Shown: positions 36,347-46,047, counted from the stretch's first letter. The stretch is 64,000 nucleotides of DNA from Candidatus Latescibacterota bacterium (GCA_965219995.1 CBDCOX010000002.1:4032001-4096000); one strand, 5' to 3'. Numbers and translations are program-made. Notes: a model not told the origin generated them from the letters alone.

Positions 36347-38317
36347 ATGGAATCGTCGCCGATACATACCGGGGCGCCACACACCGGAAACCGCGAGGAC
36401 AAACCTGGCGGAGTCACCCCGAGGTCGGTGGGAATCGGCCTTCTCATGGTGGTGTTCGTCAACTTCTGGATCCTGTACTCGCTGTACCTGATCCGGGCTT
36501 CCTGGCTGCAGGTGACCCATTTCCCGATGGGACTGTTCGTGCCCTTCATGCTCCTGGCGCTGTTTGTGAATCCCGCGCTCAAGGCGCTGGGGCACGGCAG
36601 GGGCCTGTCCCGGTCGGAGATTCTGGTGGTGGCAGCGATGGGCCTGGCCGGCGCGATGGTGCCCGGGTTCAGCCTGATGACCACGCTCCTGGGGACCATC
36701 TCGGTTCCATACTACATGGCGACCCCGGAAAACCAGTGGAGCGCCTTTTTCCATCTCCACATGCCGGACTGGATCGCGCCGTCGAACCGCGGCGGTACGA
36801 TGCGGATGCTGTTCGAAGGCCTCCCGTCGAGGGACATGCCGATTCCCCTTGGCGCCTGGGCCGGTCCATTGACCTGGTGGATGGCCCTGGTGGGCGCGTT
36901 CGCGTTCGCTTCGATGTGCCTGATGGTGATCCTGCGCCGGCAGTGGGTGGAGTACGAACGCCTGGTGTACCCCCTCGCGCAGGTGGCAGCCGACATGGCC
37001 GGCGACGAGAGGGACGGGCGTTCGCTTCCGGGGTTCATGCGCACCCGTGCGTTCAAGTTCGGGTTCGGGGCGGCCACCCTGGTCATGACCTGGAACATGA
37101 TGTCTCATTTCGCGCCGGGGTTTCCCGAGATACCGCTCGGCATCCCGTCGCGATGGACCACGTTCTTCAAGGGATTTCCGCCGCTCCACACGACCATCAA
37201 CTTCTACACGATCGGATTCGCGTATCTGGCCAACCTGGACGTGCTCTTCAGCATCTGGTTCTTTCACTTCATGGCAATGTGGGAGGTCTTCGCCTTCGGA
37301 AGGCTGGGCGTGGGGGGCATCTCCGGCGCGGCGGCCGTATCGTGGCAGAGCATCGGTGCGTTGTGCACCCTGGTGGTGTGGGGGCTGTGGACCGCCCGGA
37401 AACACCTGCACCAGGTTCTCAGAGGGGCGCTCCATCCATCCGGCGACGATGATCAGGAGATCCTTTCCTACCGGACGGCCGCGTGCGGCGCGGCGCTGAG
37501 TCTGATCTTTATCGTTGCCTGGTTTTACAATACGGGCATGGGCCTGCTTCTTTCATCTGTGCTGGTGCTTCTCTTCTTCATTACCTATCTGGGCATCGCG
37601 CGGGTGGTGGCGCAGTCGGGCCTGCTGTACGTCAGCTCCCCGATGTTTCCGCAATCCGCGATCCTGCGCGCCGTCGGCCCTGCCGCGATTCCCGGGCGCG
37701 CAATGACGGCGTTGGCCTTCTCCTTCGCCCTGCGCAACGACGGCCGCGGCCTATTCATGCCCGCCCTGGCGCACGTGGCGAAAATCGGCGACCTGATCGG
37801 CGGGGACCGGCGTCGGCTCGGTTACGCCGTGGCGCTGGGCCTTGTCGGCGCCGTAGCGACCTCGGTCGGTCTGACACTCTACTGGGGATATACGATCGGC
37901 GCGTACAATTTCGGCAGCATCGCGCTGCTTCGGCGGACGGTTCCCACCTTCAACTGGTTTGTGGGGATGATGTCCAGCCCGGACCCGGTGAAGCCGGAGG
38001 TATTCGGGTATTTCGGCGCCGGTTGCGTGGCAATGCTCGCGCTGACTTTTCTTCGCTACCGAGTTCCGTGGTGGCCGTTGCACCCATTGGGGCTTGCCGT
38101 GACCTGGTCGGGAATGACGGTGCATTCGGTGCTCTCGGTTTTTCTCGCATGGTCGGTAAAAGCGATCTTGCTGAAGGCGGGCGGCGTTTTTCTGTACCGG
38201 CGTTCCATTCCTTTTTTCCTGGGGTTGATGGTCGGATATGCGCTCAACGTGGGCGTTTCGTTCGTGCTGGACATCACGTATTTCGGCGGGGAGGGACACG
38301 GCGTACATGCCTATTGA
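36347..38317 (+). CDS. DUF6785/DUF6784-type polytopic membrane protein (paralog 2), 656 aa
   Basis: YMATPENQW, ILRRQWVEYERLVYPLA, IGFAYLANL and WWPLHPLG. Confidence 0.78.
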   Translation: MESSPIHTGAPHTGNREDKPGGVTPRSVGIGLLMVVFVNFWILYSLYLIRASWLQVTHFPMGLFVPFMLLALFVNPALKALGHGRGLSRSEILVVAAMGLAGAMVPGFSLMTTLLGTISVPYYMATPENQWSAFFHLHMPDWIAPSNRGGTMRMLFEGLPSRDMPIPLGAWAGPLTWWMALVGAFAFASMCLMVILRRQWVEYERLVYPLAQVAADMAGDERDGRSLPGFMRTRAFKFGFGAATLVMTWNMMSHFAPGFPEIPLGIPSRWTTFFKGFPPLHTTINFYTIGFAYLANLDVLFSIWFFHFMAMWEVFAFGRLGVGGISGAAAVSWQSIGALCTLVVWGLWTARKHLHQVLRGALHPSGDDDQEILSYRTAACGAALSLIFIVAWFYNTGMGLLLSSVLVLLFFITYLGIARVVAQSGLLYVSSPMFPQSAILRAVGPAAIPGRAMTALAFSFALRNDGRGLFMPALAHVAKIGDLIGGDRRRLGYAVALGLVGAVATSVGLTLYWGYTIGAYNFGSIALLRRTVPTFNWFVGMMSSPDPVKPEVFGYFGAGCVAMLALTFLRYRVPWWPLHPLGLAVTWSGMTVHSVLSVFLAWSVKAILLKAGGVFLYRRSIPFFLGLMVGYALNVGVSFVLDITYFGGEGHGVHAY

Positions 38318-38336
38318 AAGACGGGAGAAGCGTAGA

Positions 38337-39590
38337 ATGCAGATGGGTAGATGGTTACCGTTGGCCTGGTTCTTCGTTTCCGCGCTAACCGCCTGCGGCG
38401 GGTCCGATGATGGATCGTCCGGCGGAAAGGTGACGCTCAGAATCGCCTGGATGGGCCCCGAACGGGAAGCGTTCCGGGCGTGGAAGAAGGGATTTGAAGC
38501 GGAACACCCCGGTGTGAAGATCGAGCAGCGGTTCATCCCGTACGATCAGGGGCCGACGGTTTACAATACCATGATTCAGGGCGGAAACCTTCCGGACCTG
38601 GGATATCTGTTCATGGGGATGATTTCGGAGTATGCGGAGCGGGGGGTACTGGAGCCGCTGGACGACTATATGACGGATGACGAACGCAACGCGTGGATTT
38701 CCACGGCGCTCAGCGCCGGCGAGTACCGGGGAAAGACGTACGGGGTGCCGCTATGGGGCGCCAACCGGGTTCTCTACGTCCGCAGAGACTGGATGGAAGA
38801 GGCAGGGGTGAGCGCGCCGCCCGATACGTGGGAGGCGGTCCGGGAACTGGCAATCAGGCTGAACAGGCCGCCCGAGCGCTACGGGATCTGTGTGGGCGCG
38901 GGAAGGCCGAAGCACCTGATGCAGGAGCAGATCGCCATGATGTGGGGGTTTGGCGCCGACTTCTTCGACCGGGACGGCAGGCTGGCGATCAACAGCCCAG
39001 AGGCGGTGGCGTACGTGAAGTTTCTGACGGAGTTGCATCTGGTGGACGGGGCCATGCCGCCGGGCATCCTGAATCTGAACGCGGATGATTGCTATGCGGT
39101 TATGGACGCGGGAAAGGCGGGTCTTACGTTCAGCGGGCCGTGGCAGTACGAGCGGTGCCGGAATGCCGGGATCGCGTGCGAGCCGCTGATGACGCCGGCG
39201 GGACGCGACCGGAAGATGCTGCTGATTCTGGATATTCTTTCCGTGTTTTCCACGTCGAAACGGAAAGACCTGGCGTACGACTTCATCCGCTTTACGCAGC
39301 GGCCGGAAAACCGGGAGTTGATGGACGTGGAGAACGGGGGCGTGCCGGTGACCAAAGCGGTGTCGGAACACGCGTATTACCGGACCGTGCCGATCCGCAA
39401 TTACCTGGCGCAGGCGGACCTGATCAAACTGACGCCGAAGCACCCGGAATGGACGAAGATCCAGGACGGGTGGGGAGAGGCGATCCAGATGGTTCTGGCG
39501 GGTACGGCGTCTCCGCGTGAGGCGCTGGATACGGTCTATGCACGTCTGATGAGGGAACTGGAAGACCCCACGCTACCCCGCGAGGATTGA
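38337..39590 (+). CDS. Sugar ABC transporter substrate-binding lipoprotein, ~417 aa
   Basis: Lipobox LTAC, FEAEHPGVKI, GNLPDL, GKTYGVP and PPDTWE (CUT1-type binding protein). Confidence 0.9.
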   Translation: MQMGRWLPLAWFFVSALTACGGSDDGSSGGKVTLRIAWMGPEREAFRAWKKGFEAEHPGVKIEQRFIPYDQGPTVYNTMIQGGNLPDLGYLFMGMISEYAERGVLEPLDDYMTDDERNAWISTALSAGEYRGKTYGVPLWGANRVLYVRRDWMEEAGVSAPPDTWEAVRELAIRLNRPPERYGICVGAGRPKHLMQEQIAMMWGFGADFFDRDGRLAINSPEAVAYVKFLTELHLVDGAMPPGILNLNADDCYAVMDAGKAGLTFSGPWQYERCRNAGIACEPLMTPAGRDRKMLLILDILSVFSTSKRKDLAYDFIRFTQRPENRELMDVENGGVPVTKAVSEHAYYRTVPIRNYLAQADLIKLTPKHPEWTKIQDGWGEAIQMVLAGTASPREALDTVYARLMRELEDPTLPRED

Positions 39591-39599
39591 GGAAGGCTT

Positions 39600-40466
39600 A
39601 TGGAGCGGGAGAAACAACGGCTGGCGTACCTTTACGTTGCCCCCGCGGCGGTGTGGTTGTTTCTGTTTATGGGGGTTCCCATTCTGGACGTGATGGAGAC
39701 GAGTCTCTATCACACGTCCTACAAGGGAGAGACGTTTGCCGGTTTGGGGAATTACCGCGGACTTCTGCAGGACGATCTGTTTCTGCTGGTGCTGAAGAAC
39801 ACGGCGTTGTGGACCGCCCTGGCGGTCGTGATGAACGTGGGATTGGGGCTGGGCGTGGCGCTGTTGTTGAGCCGCGCGTCGGTTTTCAGCGAATGGGTCA
39901 GGGGCCTGCTGATCCTCGCGTGGGCAATGCCGCTGGTGGTGGCGGCGATCACCTGGAAGTGGATGTACAACGGCGAGTACGGGCACCTGAATTCGCTTCT
40001 GCTGGGCCTGCAACTCATCGATACGCCGGTTCAGTGGCTGACGGACGCTTCAACGGCCTTTGCCGGGGCGCTGGTCGCCCGGTTGTGGACGGCCCTTCCG
40101 TTTACCACGTTCGCATTCCTTTCCGCGCTGCAGTCGATCCCCGGCGATCTTTACGAGGCTTCCACGATCGACGGGGCCACGGGTTTCCGGCAGTTCCGTC
40201 ATATCACGCTGCCGCTGCTGCGCCCGGTCACGCTGGCGGTTCTGCTGGTCAGCGTAATCTGGTCGTTCAACAGCTTCGTCTTCATCTATGTCATTACGGC
40301 GGGAGGACCGGCGAACCAGACCCAGATTATGGTTACGGAAATCTACCGGCGTGCGTTCGGTTACTTCAACTTCGGACAGGCGAGCGCCCTTACCGTTCTG
40401 GCGTTCCTTCTGCTGCTCGGGATCAGTCTTCTCCAGTGGCGGGTATTCTACAGGAGGGAAATATAA
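39600..40466 (+). CDS. Sugar ABC transporter permease (MalF/UgpA-like), 288 aa
   Basis: GLGNY, LQSIPGDLYEASTIDGA (EAA loop) and TAGGP. Confidence 0.92.
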   Translation: MEREKQRLAYLYVAPAAVWLFLFMGVPILDVMETSLYHTSYKGETFAGLGNYRGLLQDDLFLLVLKNTALWTALAVVMNVGLGLGVALLLSRASVFSEWVRGLLILAWAMPLVVAAITWKWMYNGEYGHLNSLLLGLQLIDTPVQWLTDASTAFAGALVARLWTALPFTTFAFLSALQSIPGDLYEASTIDGATGFRQFRHITLPLLRPVTLAVLLVSVIWSFNSFVFIYVITAGGPANQTQIMVTEIYRRAFGYFNFGQASALTVLAFLLLLGISLLQWRVFYRREI

Positions 40467-40468
40467 CC

Positions 40469-41305
40469 TTGGGACCGGTCCGTGTGCGGCCTTCGGGGGT
40501 ATTGCGGGCGCTCCTGATCGCGGGCGTCGCCGCGTTCGCGCTGTTTCCGTTTCTGGTCGTCGCGGGGACTTCCCTGAAGACGCTGGGCGAAGTGTTTCAG
40601 TCGCCGGCGACGCTGGTGCCCAGACTGTTTGCGTGGCAGAATTATGTGGATATCTTCGTCCGGATTCCAATGACGCGCCATCTGGCGAACAGTCTGATCA
40701 TCGCTGTGGGAACCACGGTTCTGAACATTGCCGTGGCGACTCCGGCGGCCTACGCGATGGCGCGCATCCGGTTTCGCGGCCGCGGGGCGTTCGGGCTGGG
40801 CATCCTCGTGATGCAGATGTTTTCCCCCGTGATCGTTCTGATTCCCCTGTTCAAGGTGATGAAGTCGCTTCATCTTCTGGACACGTACAGCGGCCTGATT
40901 CTGGTGAATACCGCCGTTACCCTGCCGTTTTCGATATGGATCCTGGCTGGGTTCTTCAGGCGCATTCCGGAAGAACTGGAAGATGCCGCGATGATCGACG
41001 GCCTATCCAGAACGGGGATGCTGTTCAGGATCGCCCTGCCGCTGACCGGGCCTGGGCTGGCGACAACCGCGATCTTTGCGTTCGTGACCGCCTGGAACGA
41101 GTTCATCTTCGCCCTGGTACTGGTTTCCCGGAGGGAAATGCAGCCGATCACGATGGCGCTCTATTCGTGGGAAAAGAACAACGTGGTGGAATGGAACCTG
41201 CTGATGGCGACCGCGGTGGTGGCGACGATTCCAACCGTGCTGCTGTTTCTGCTGGTCAGGAAGCGGCTGACGGCGGGTCTGATGGCGGGTGCGGTGAAGT
41301 CCTGA
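40469..41305 (+). CDS. Sugar ABC transporter permease (MalG/UgpE-like), TTG start, 278 aa
   Basis: NSLIIA, AAYAMAR, IPEELEDAAMIDG (EAA loop) and AWNEF; RBS AGGAGG. Confidence 0.9.
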   Translation: MGPVRVRPSGVLRALLIAGVAAFALFPFLVVAGTSLKTLGEVFQSPATLVPRLFAWQNYVDIFVRIPMTRHLANSLIIAVGTTVLNIAVATPAAYAMARIRFRGRGAFGLGILVMQMFSPVIVLIPLFKVMKSLHLLDTYSGLILVNTAVTLPFSIWILAGFFRRIPEELEDAAMIDGLSRTGMLFRIALPLTGPGLATTAIFAFVTAWNEFIFALVLVSRREMQPITMALYSWEKNNVVEWNLLMATAVVATIPTVLLFLLVRKRLTAGLMAGAVKS

Positions 41306-41331
41306 GCGCGCTCGATCCCCGGTTCCGCCGG

Positions 41332-42447
41332 CTATTCGGGCGCATCCGGGAGCAGCGCGGCTTCGGTTTCCCGATCGAAAAAGTGGACGGCGGAGAGGTC
41401 GAATGCCAGGCGGACCTCCTCGTCCACCGAAGGAATGGGTTCCGCGGCCACCCGGGCCACGCAGGAGGCGCGCCCGACGGTCAGGTAGAGGAAGGTCTCA
41501 TGTCCCATCGGTTCGACCACTTCGACTTTCGCGACCACGTCTTCGGATTTGCCGGGTCCGTGAACTGAAGACGCGTAGTGGATGTGCTCGGGACGGATAC
41601 CCAGGATGACGCGGCGGCCGACGCAGCCTGACAGGCTGACCCGGAGTCGATCCGGTATCGGGAGGCGGAGGCCGTCTCCAGAAAATGCCAGACCGTCGTC
41701 CCGAACGAGTTCACCTTCCAGGAAATTCATCGACGGGCTGCCGATAAAACCGGCCACGAACCGGTTTACGGGGCGCCGGTAGAGCTGAACCGGAACGCCG
41801 ATCTGCTGAATTCGTCCGTCTCGCATCACCACGAGCCGGTCGCCCATGGTCATCGCTTCGACCTGGTCGTGGGTGACGTAGATCATCGTGGCCCCGAGCC
41901 GGGTGTGCAGCTTGCCGAGTTCAGTACGCATCTGCACCCTGAGCCCGGCGTCCAGATTGGACAGGGGTTCGTCGAAGAGGAAGGCCTTGGGTTTCCGGAC
42001 GATTGCCCGGCCCACGGCCACCCGCTGACGCTGCCCTCCGGACAGTTCCTTCGGCTTGCGGTCCAGCAGGTCTTCGAGACCCAGGATGTCCGCCGCCTCC
42101 CGCACCCTGGCGTCGATTTCCGCTTTCGGAAATTTCCTGAGTTTCAGCCCGAAGGCCATGTTCCGGTAGACGTCCATATGGGGGTAGAGGGCGTAGTTCT
42201 GAAAGACCATCGCGATGTTCCGGTCTTTGGGCGGCAGATCGTTCGCGAGTTTGCCGTCAATGTAGACGTTACCGCCGGTCACCTCCTCGAGGCCGGCGAC
42301 CAGCCGGAGCGTGGTCGATTTTCCGCAGCCCGAAGGCCCGACGAGCACCACGAACTCCCCATCTTCGATATGGAGGCTGAAGTCCTCCACCGCGACGGTG
42401 TTCCCGTTGTATATTTTCCGGACGTCTTTCAGGGTTACCGTTGCCAT
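41332..42447 (-). CDS. Sugar ABC transporter ATP-binding protein (MalK/UgpC family), 371 aa
   Basis: GPSGCGKST, VFQNYALYPH, LSGGQRQR, FLFDEPLSNLD, YVTHDQ and a C-terminal TOBE domain. Confidence 0.95.
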   Translation of the reverse strand: MATVTLKDVRKIYNGNTVAVEDFSLHIEDGEFVVLVGPSGCGKSTTLRLVAGLEEVTGGNVYIDGKLANDLPPKDRNIAMVFQNYALYPHMDVYRNMAFGLKLRKFPKAEIDARVREAADILGLEDLLDRKPKELSGGQRQRVAVGRAIVRKPKAFLFDEPLSNLDAGLRVQMRTELGKLHTRLGATMIYVTHDQVEAMTMGDRLVVMRDGRIQQIGVPVQLYRRPVNRFVAGFIGSPSMNFLEGELVRDDGLAFSGDGLRLPIPDRLRVSLSGCVGRRVILGIRPEHIHYASSVHGPGKSEDVVAKVEVVEPMGHETFLYLTVGRASCVARVAAEPIPSVDEEVRLAFDLSAVHFFDRETEAALLPDAPE

Positions 42448-42570
42448 CCTGCCCCCGGCTCCGGGTGAGAGGTGGTGGACCGGATAAAGTAAGTATAACC
42501 CTTTGAATTAACAAGCTTCCGAAGGACTCGCGGGGCGTTTACCCTGAACATTCGAGACGAGGACCTTCCA

Positions 42571-42759
42571 ATGGCCGGAACACGGATCGAGACGCTGAAG
42601 GAGATGCACCTGACGACGGACCTCAGGGAGGGGGCGGAGATCGTGGCGCTGTTGAGCGCCGGTGGCGTGACGGCGCTGGCCGATCTGCATCTCACCGGCG
42701 GTCCGGGCCTTCTGGCAGGCACGGACAGGGGTGTGATCACCGCGTTGAGCCGGGCATGA
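42571..42759 (+). pseudogene. Internally deleted remnant (62 codons, in frame) of a lyase-propeller gene
   Basis: The N-part LKEMHLTTDLREGAEI is encoded by 48 bp identical to 46073..46120. The C-part AGGVTAL....GGPGLLAGTDRGVITALS resembles the C-terminus of 46048..49716 (AAGVTVL....GKPGLLVGTDGGILCALS). Confidence 0.8.
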
Positions 42760-45509
42760 TGCGTGTCGTTTCGAAATCCGGACGGGCAGTGGTCTGCATA
42801 CTCGCTGCCTCGGTGTCGGTTGCATGGAGTTCGAGTTTCGGGGGTGAACGTGTGAACATCCGGGACCTGCTGCAAGACCGGGGGATCAGCGGGGCGTTGC
42901 TGGAGGCCGAACGCACGCATCCCTACCTTTTCTTCTCGGCCGAAGACGTGCCGCGTCTGCGCGAAATGGCAAGAAGGGAGCCGTACCGGACGTGCGCCGA
43001 GGGGATCGTCCGGGCGGCCAGGCTGACGCTGAAAAACCCGATTCCGCAAGAACCTCCCGCGGGAGCGGCCGACAGCCGGTTACCCGATGGCAGTTACGAC
43101 GAGTCGTTTCTGAAGTCGACCTACGACTTTCTGTCCTACGCGTACGCGATGCAATACTACGGTCCGTTGTACGCGTTCGCTTACCTGCTGACAGAGGAGG
43201 AGGTCTTCGCGCAACGCGCCAAGGCGTGGGCGCTGGCGTACGCGGGCTGGGAGAACTGGGGTCCGGCGGCCGATCCCTGGGATATGGAGGCGGCCATGAT
43301 CCTGTCGGGAGCGGTGATTGTCTACGATTGGATTCACGATCGGTTCTCCCCGGCGGAACGTGAACGTCTGCTTGCGGGACTGCGCGAGAAAGGGCAGAAG
43401 CTGTGCGAGAAGGATGCGTACTGGCTGACGCGGGACCCGGCGGCGCGACGCGGGTCCCTTGCGAACAACCACAGATGGCGGAGCATACCGCTCGAGGGAC
43501 TGGCGGGGCTGGGGCTGCTCTACGAGGTCGAGGAGGCGAGGGACTGGCTGGATATGGGGCTTGTGCTCACGCGGGATTACCTGCTGCCGGCGGCCTATGG
43601 GAGAGACGGCGAACGGATGGAGGGACGGGGCTGGCTGGGGGTCTGTCTGAGCGACGGGGGGCGGTTCATGGAGGCGCTGGTCCGAAACGGAGGGCCGGAC
43701 CTGTTCGATAGCGGGCCGCTGCGGCGGTTGTCGCACTTTCTGATTTTCGGCATGGAGATGTACCGGTCGCGCGGGCACTTTAACGAGCGGGCGGGCCTTC
43801 TGGCGCATGCCGGAAGGCTTCGGGATCCTGCGCTTCAATGGCTGGCCCTGAAGCACGATCTGGAGCCCGATATGGAGGGTTACCCGGCGTACTGGTACAA
43901 CCGGAATAAAGTTCTCTATCAGCCTGAAACCCTTTATACGGTTTCTCTGCGTTGGGATGCCTGGAACGGCGGGATGCAGATCGAAGTGAACGGCGTCGTT
44001 CGGGACCGGCAGGAGATCGAATGCGTGGAAGGGATCGACAGGGTCGCGTTTCAGGTCGAGGGCGACCGGGTGGAAATCGTCTCTTTTGAGGTCCTCGACG
44101 CCGCCGGAAGTGTCGTGGATCGCCTGGACGGTCCGGTCGTGCTGACGGATGAACGCGGGGAGACGTCCCTCGGGTTCGGCAGCCTTCGCACCGGCGAGAT
44201 CCGGGCTTCCCTCCGCAAGGACCGGTCCGACGCGGGGCAGGCAGTGATGATGCTGACGTCCGGAGGGCGGCGCGTGAGGGGCATCGCATTCACGGATGAC
44301 CACGAGATCGCCAAGGCGGTTGAGGAGTTGGACGGAACGTATACACTGGGAATTGCGGCGGCGAAGGGACTCTATTTCCACGGGCCCTGGGAGTTCCTGT
44401 TCTATAACGAGAGCCTGGCGCCGGCGGCCCCGAAGAAGGATGCGACCGGGTTTCACTTCCGGGACCTGGGGTTGGTGAAGTTGCACGACACGCTGCATGC
44501 GGACGGGGTGCACGTCACGTTCACGTCCGGTCCGGAAGTGAGTAAGGAGCAGGGGGACAAGAATGGGTTTACGCTCACCGCGTTCGGGGAGCGCCTATTG
44601 ACCCGGCTGCGGACCCCGAAGACCGGGGAGGCGGTGCTGACGCAGGCGCAGTACGATCTGACGGCGTGGTACGAGGGCACACCGGGGCGAAACACCATCC
44701 TGGTGGATGGACGGGGGCAACCGACGGTTCACGAGGAAAGTCCGGTGCCGCGTGAGTACGAGCTGCAGTGGCTGGGAGGAGAGGACGTCGCGAAGAGTGG
44801 CCGGATCGAGGAGACCTTCTTTTCCGCGGACTACGATTACGTGCGAGGAGAGGCGGCGCGCGCGTACCGTCCCCTGCTGGAGACCTACCGTCGACAACTG
44901 ATGTTCCTGAAGCCGCACGACGATCCTGACCTGCGGTACCTGTTGCTGTTCGATGAGATCGAAACCGCGGGAGGGCGCCCCAGACAGATCGAGTGGCGGC
45001 TGCTGAGCCCGTACGGAAGTGTGACAATCACAGGCGCGACTTCCAGGATCGAGGGGCGCGCGGCGGCGTTACACGTGAAGCACCTCTGGCCGGAGGCGTC
45101 GACCGTCAGGATCGATTCCACGCCCGCGCCGCGTGATGCGGACCGGCTGCCCTATCTCCGGTTTCCAACGCCGGAGCCGGTGCAAAGGGTAAACTATCTT
45201 CACCTGCTTCAGCCGCTCCGTTCCAGTGAGGCTGAACCGGTTTCGGCGAAGCGGGTGACGGGGCATGGCGGGATCGGCGTCCGGGTAAGCGGCCCTGACG
45301 TGACCGCTCTGGCGGTCTTCAGAACTGGAGATGAAACAGTTACCGCGGGCGGGCTGATCACGGACGCCCGCGCCAGTCTGGTGCGTTGGCGAAAGGACGG
45401 AGGCGGGTCGGTCGTCCTGCACGGCGGGACGTTTGCCGAACTGGACGGAAGACGCGTCTTCAATTCCGACGATGCGGTGAGCGTTCTGGTGGAGTTGCCG
45501 GTTGAGTAG
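42756..45509 (+). CDS. Secreted DUF4962/heparinase II/III-like protein with altered active-site motifs, 917 aa
   Basis: Signal-like N-terminus; HPYLFFS, AVIVYDWIHD, LANNHRW, NTILVDGRGQ, DYVRGEA..AY and YLLLFDEI. Confidence 0.78.
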   Translation: MMRVVSKSGRAVVCILAASVSVAWSSSFGGERVNIRDLLQDRGISGALLEAERTHPYLFFSAEDVPRLREMARREPYRTCAEGIVRAARLTLKNPIPQEPPAGAADSRLPDGSYDESFLKSTYDFLSYAYAMQYYGPLYAFAYLLTEEEVFAQRAKAWALAYAGWENWGPAADPWDMEAAMILSGAVIVYDWIHDRFSPAERERLLAGLREKGQKLCEKDAYWLTRDPAARRGSLANNHRWRSIPLEGLAGLGLLYEVEEARDWLDMGLVLTRDYLLPAAYGRDGERMEGRGWLGVCLSDGGRFMEALVRNGGPDLFDSGPLRRLSHFLIFGMEMYRSRGHFNERAGLLAHAGRLRDPALQWLALKHDLEPDMEGYPAYWYNRNKVLYQPETLYTVSLRWDAWNGGMQIEVNGVVRDRQEIECVEGIDRVAFQVEGDRVEIVSFEVLDAAGSVVDRLDGPVVLTDERGETSLGFGSLRTGEIRASLRKDRSDAGQAVMMLTSGGRRVRGIAFTDDHEIAKAVEELDGTYTLGIAAAKGLYFHGPWEFLFYNESLAPAAPKKDATGFHFRDLGLVKLHDTLHADGVHVTFTSGPEVSKEQGDKNGFTLTAFGERLLTRLRTPKTGEAVLTQAQYDLTAWYEGTPGRNTILVDGRGQPTVHEESPVPREYELQWLGGEDVAKSGRIEETFFSADYDYVRGEAARAYRPLLETYRRQLMFLKPHDDPDLRYLLLFDEIETAGGRPRQIEWRLLSPYGSVTITGATSRIEGRAAALHVKHLWPEASTVRIDSTPAPRDADRLPYLRFPTPEPVQRVNYLHLLQPLRSSEAEPVSAKRVTGHGGIGVRVSGPDVTALAVFRTGDETVTAGGLITDARASLVRWRKDGGGSVVLHGGTFAELDGRRVFNSDDAVSVLVELPVE

Positions 45510-45575
45510 TCGATTGCGTGACTTCGTGTGGTGGGCGAACCCGGGCGACGACGTCCGGTACAACGCCGCGGTTGT

Positions 45576-45626
45576 TCAGGCCGCATCTTTGACGTCGTAG
45601 AGATATTTCAGCATCTCAGCGTCCAT
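45576..45626 (-). pseudogene. Truncated HEPN (HepT/DUF86-like) toxin start, 16 codons
   Basis: MDAEMLKYLYDVKDAA* overlaps the end of the MNT gene, which is the position and N-terminal pattern expected of the HepT partner. Confidence 0.6.
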
Positions 45627-45912
45627 AGATGTTCATCCTTTCGTCAAGGATGCTGCGACGAAAGTAGGGGTTCTTGAGTCCGTTGAATGTAAGCAGATCT
45701 ACTCTGCAATTCAGCTTGTCCTCAAGATGGTGAAGAAGCCCGAAAAACCTCGTCGAAGGCAGCGTCGTTGGGTCTTCAAACTCCACGATTAGATCCACGT
45801 CGCTGACAGCAGTCCCCTGGTCTCGGCTCAGAGATCCAAAGAGATCCAGTCTTTTCACCCTGAATTCCCGACACGCCGGCCCTGCGATTTCTTTTATTCT
45901 CTCAATTGTCAC
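45616..45912 (-). CDS. Minimal nucleotidyltransferase (MNT/MntA-like antitoxin), GTG start, 98 aa
   Basis: VKRLDLFGSLSRD......SDVDLIVEF (GS-x10-DxD) and CRVDLLT...LKNPYF. Lower GC than the flanks. Confidence 0.85.
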   Translation of the reverse strand: MTIERIKEIAGPACREFRVKRLDLFGSLSRDQGTAVSDVDLIVEFEDPTTLPSTRFFGLLHHLEDKLNCRVDLLTFNGLKNPYFRRSILDERMNIYGR

Positions 45913-46047
45913 CGGCAGGAATCTCCGAATTGAGGTAAAGATACTATTACCATTAAGATACGCGAATCGACGCAAACTGTCACGCACATTCCGCGCATAC
46001 AAACGCGAAATCCCTGTACTCTGGAATTCCATCAATAGGAATGTACA

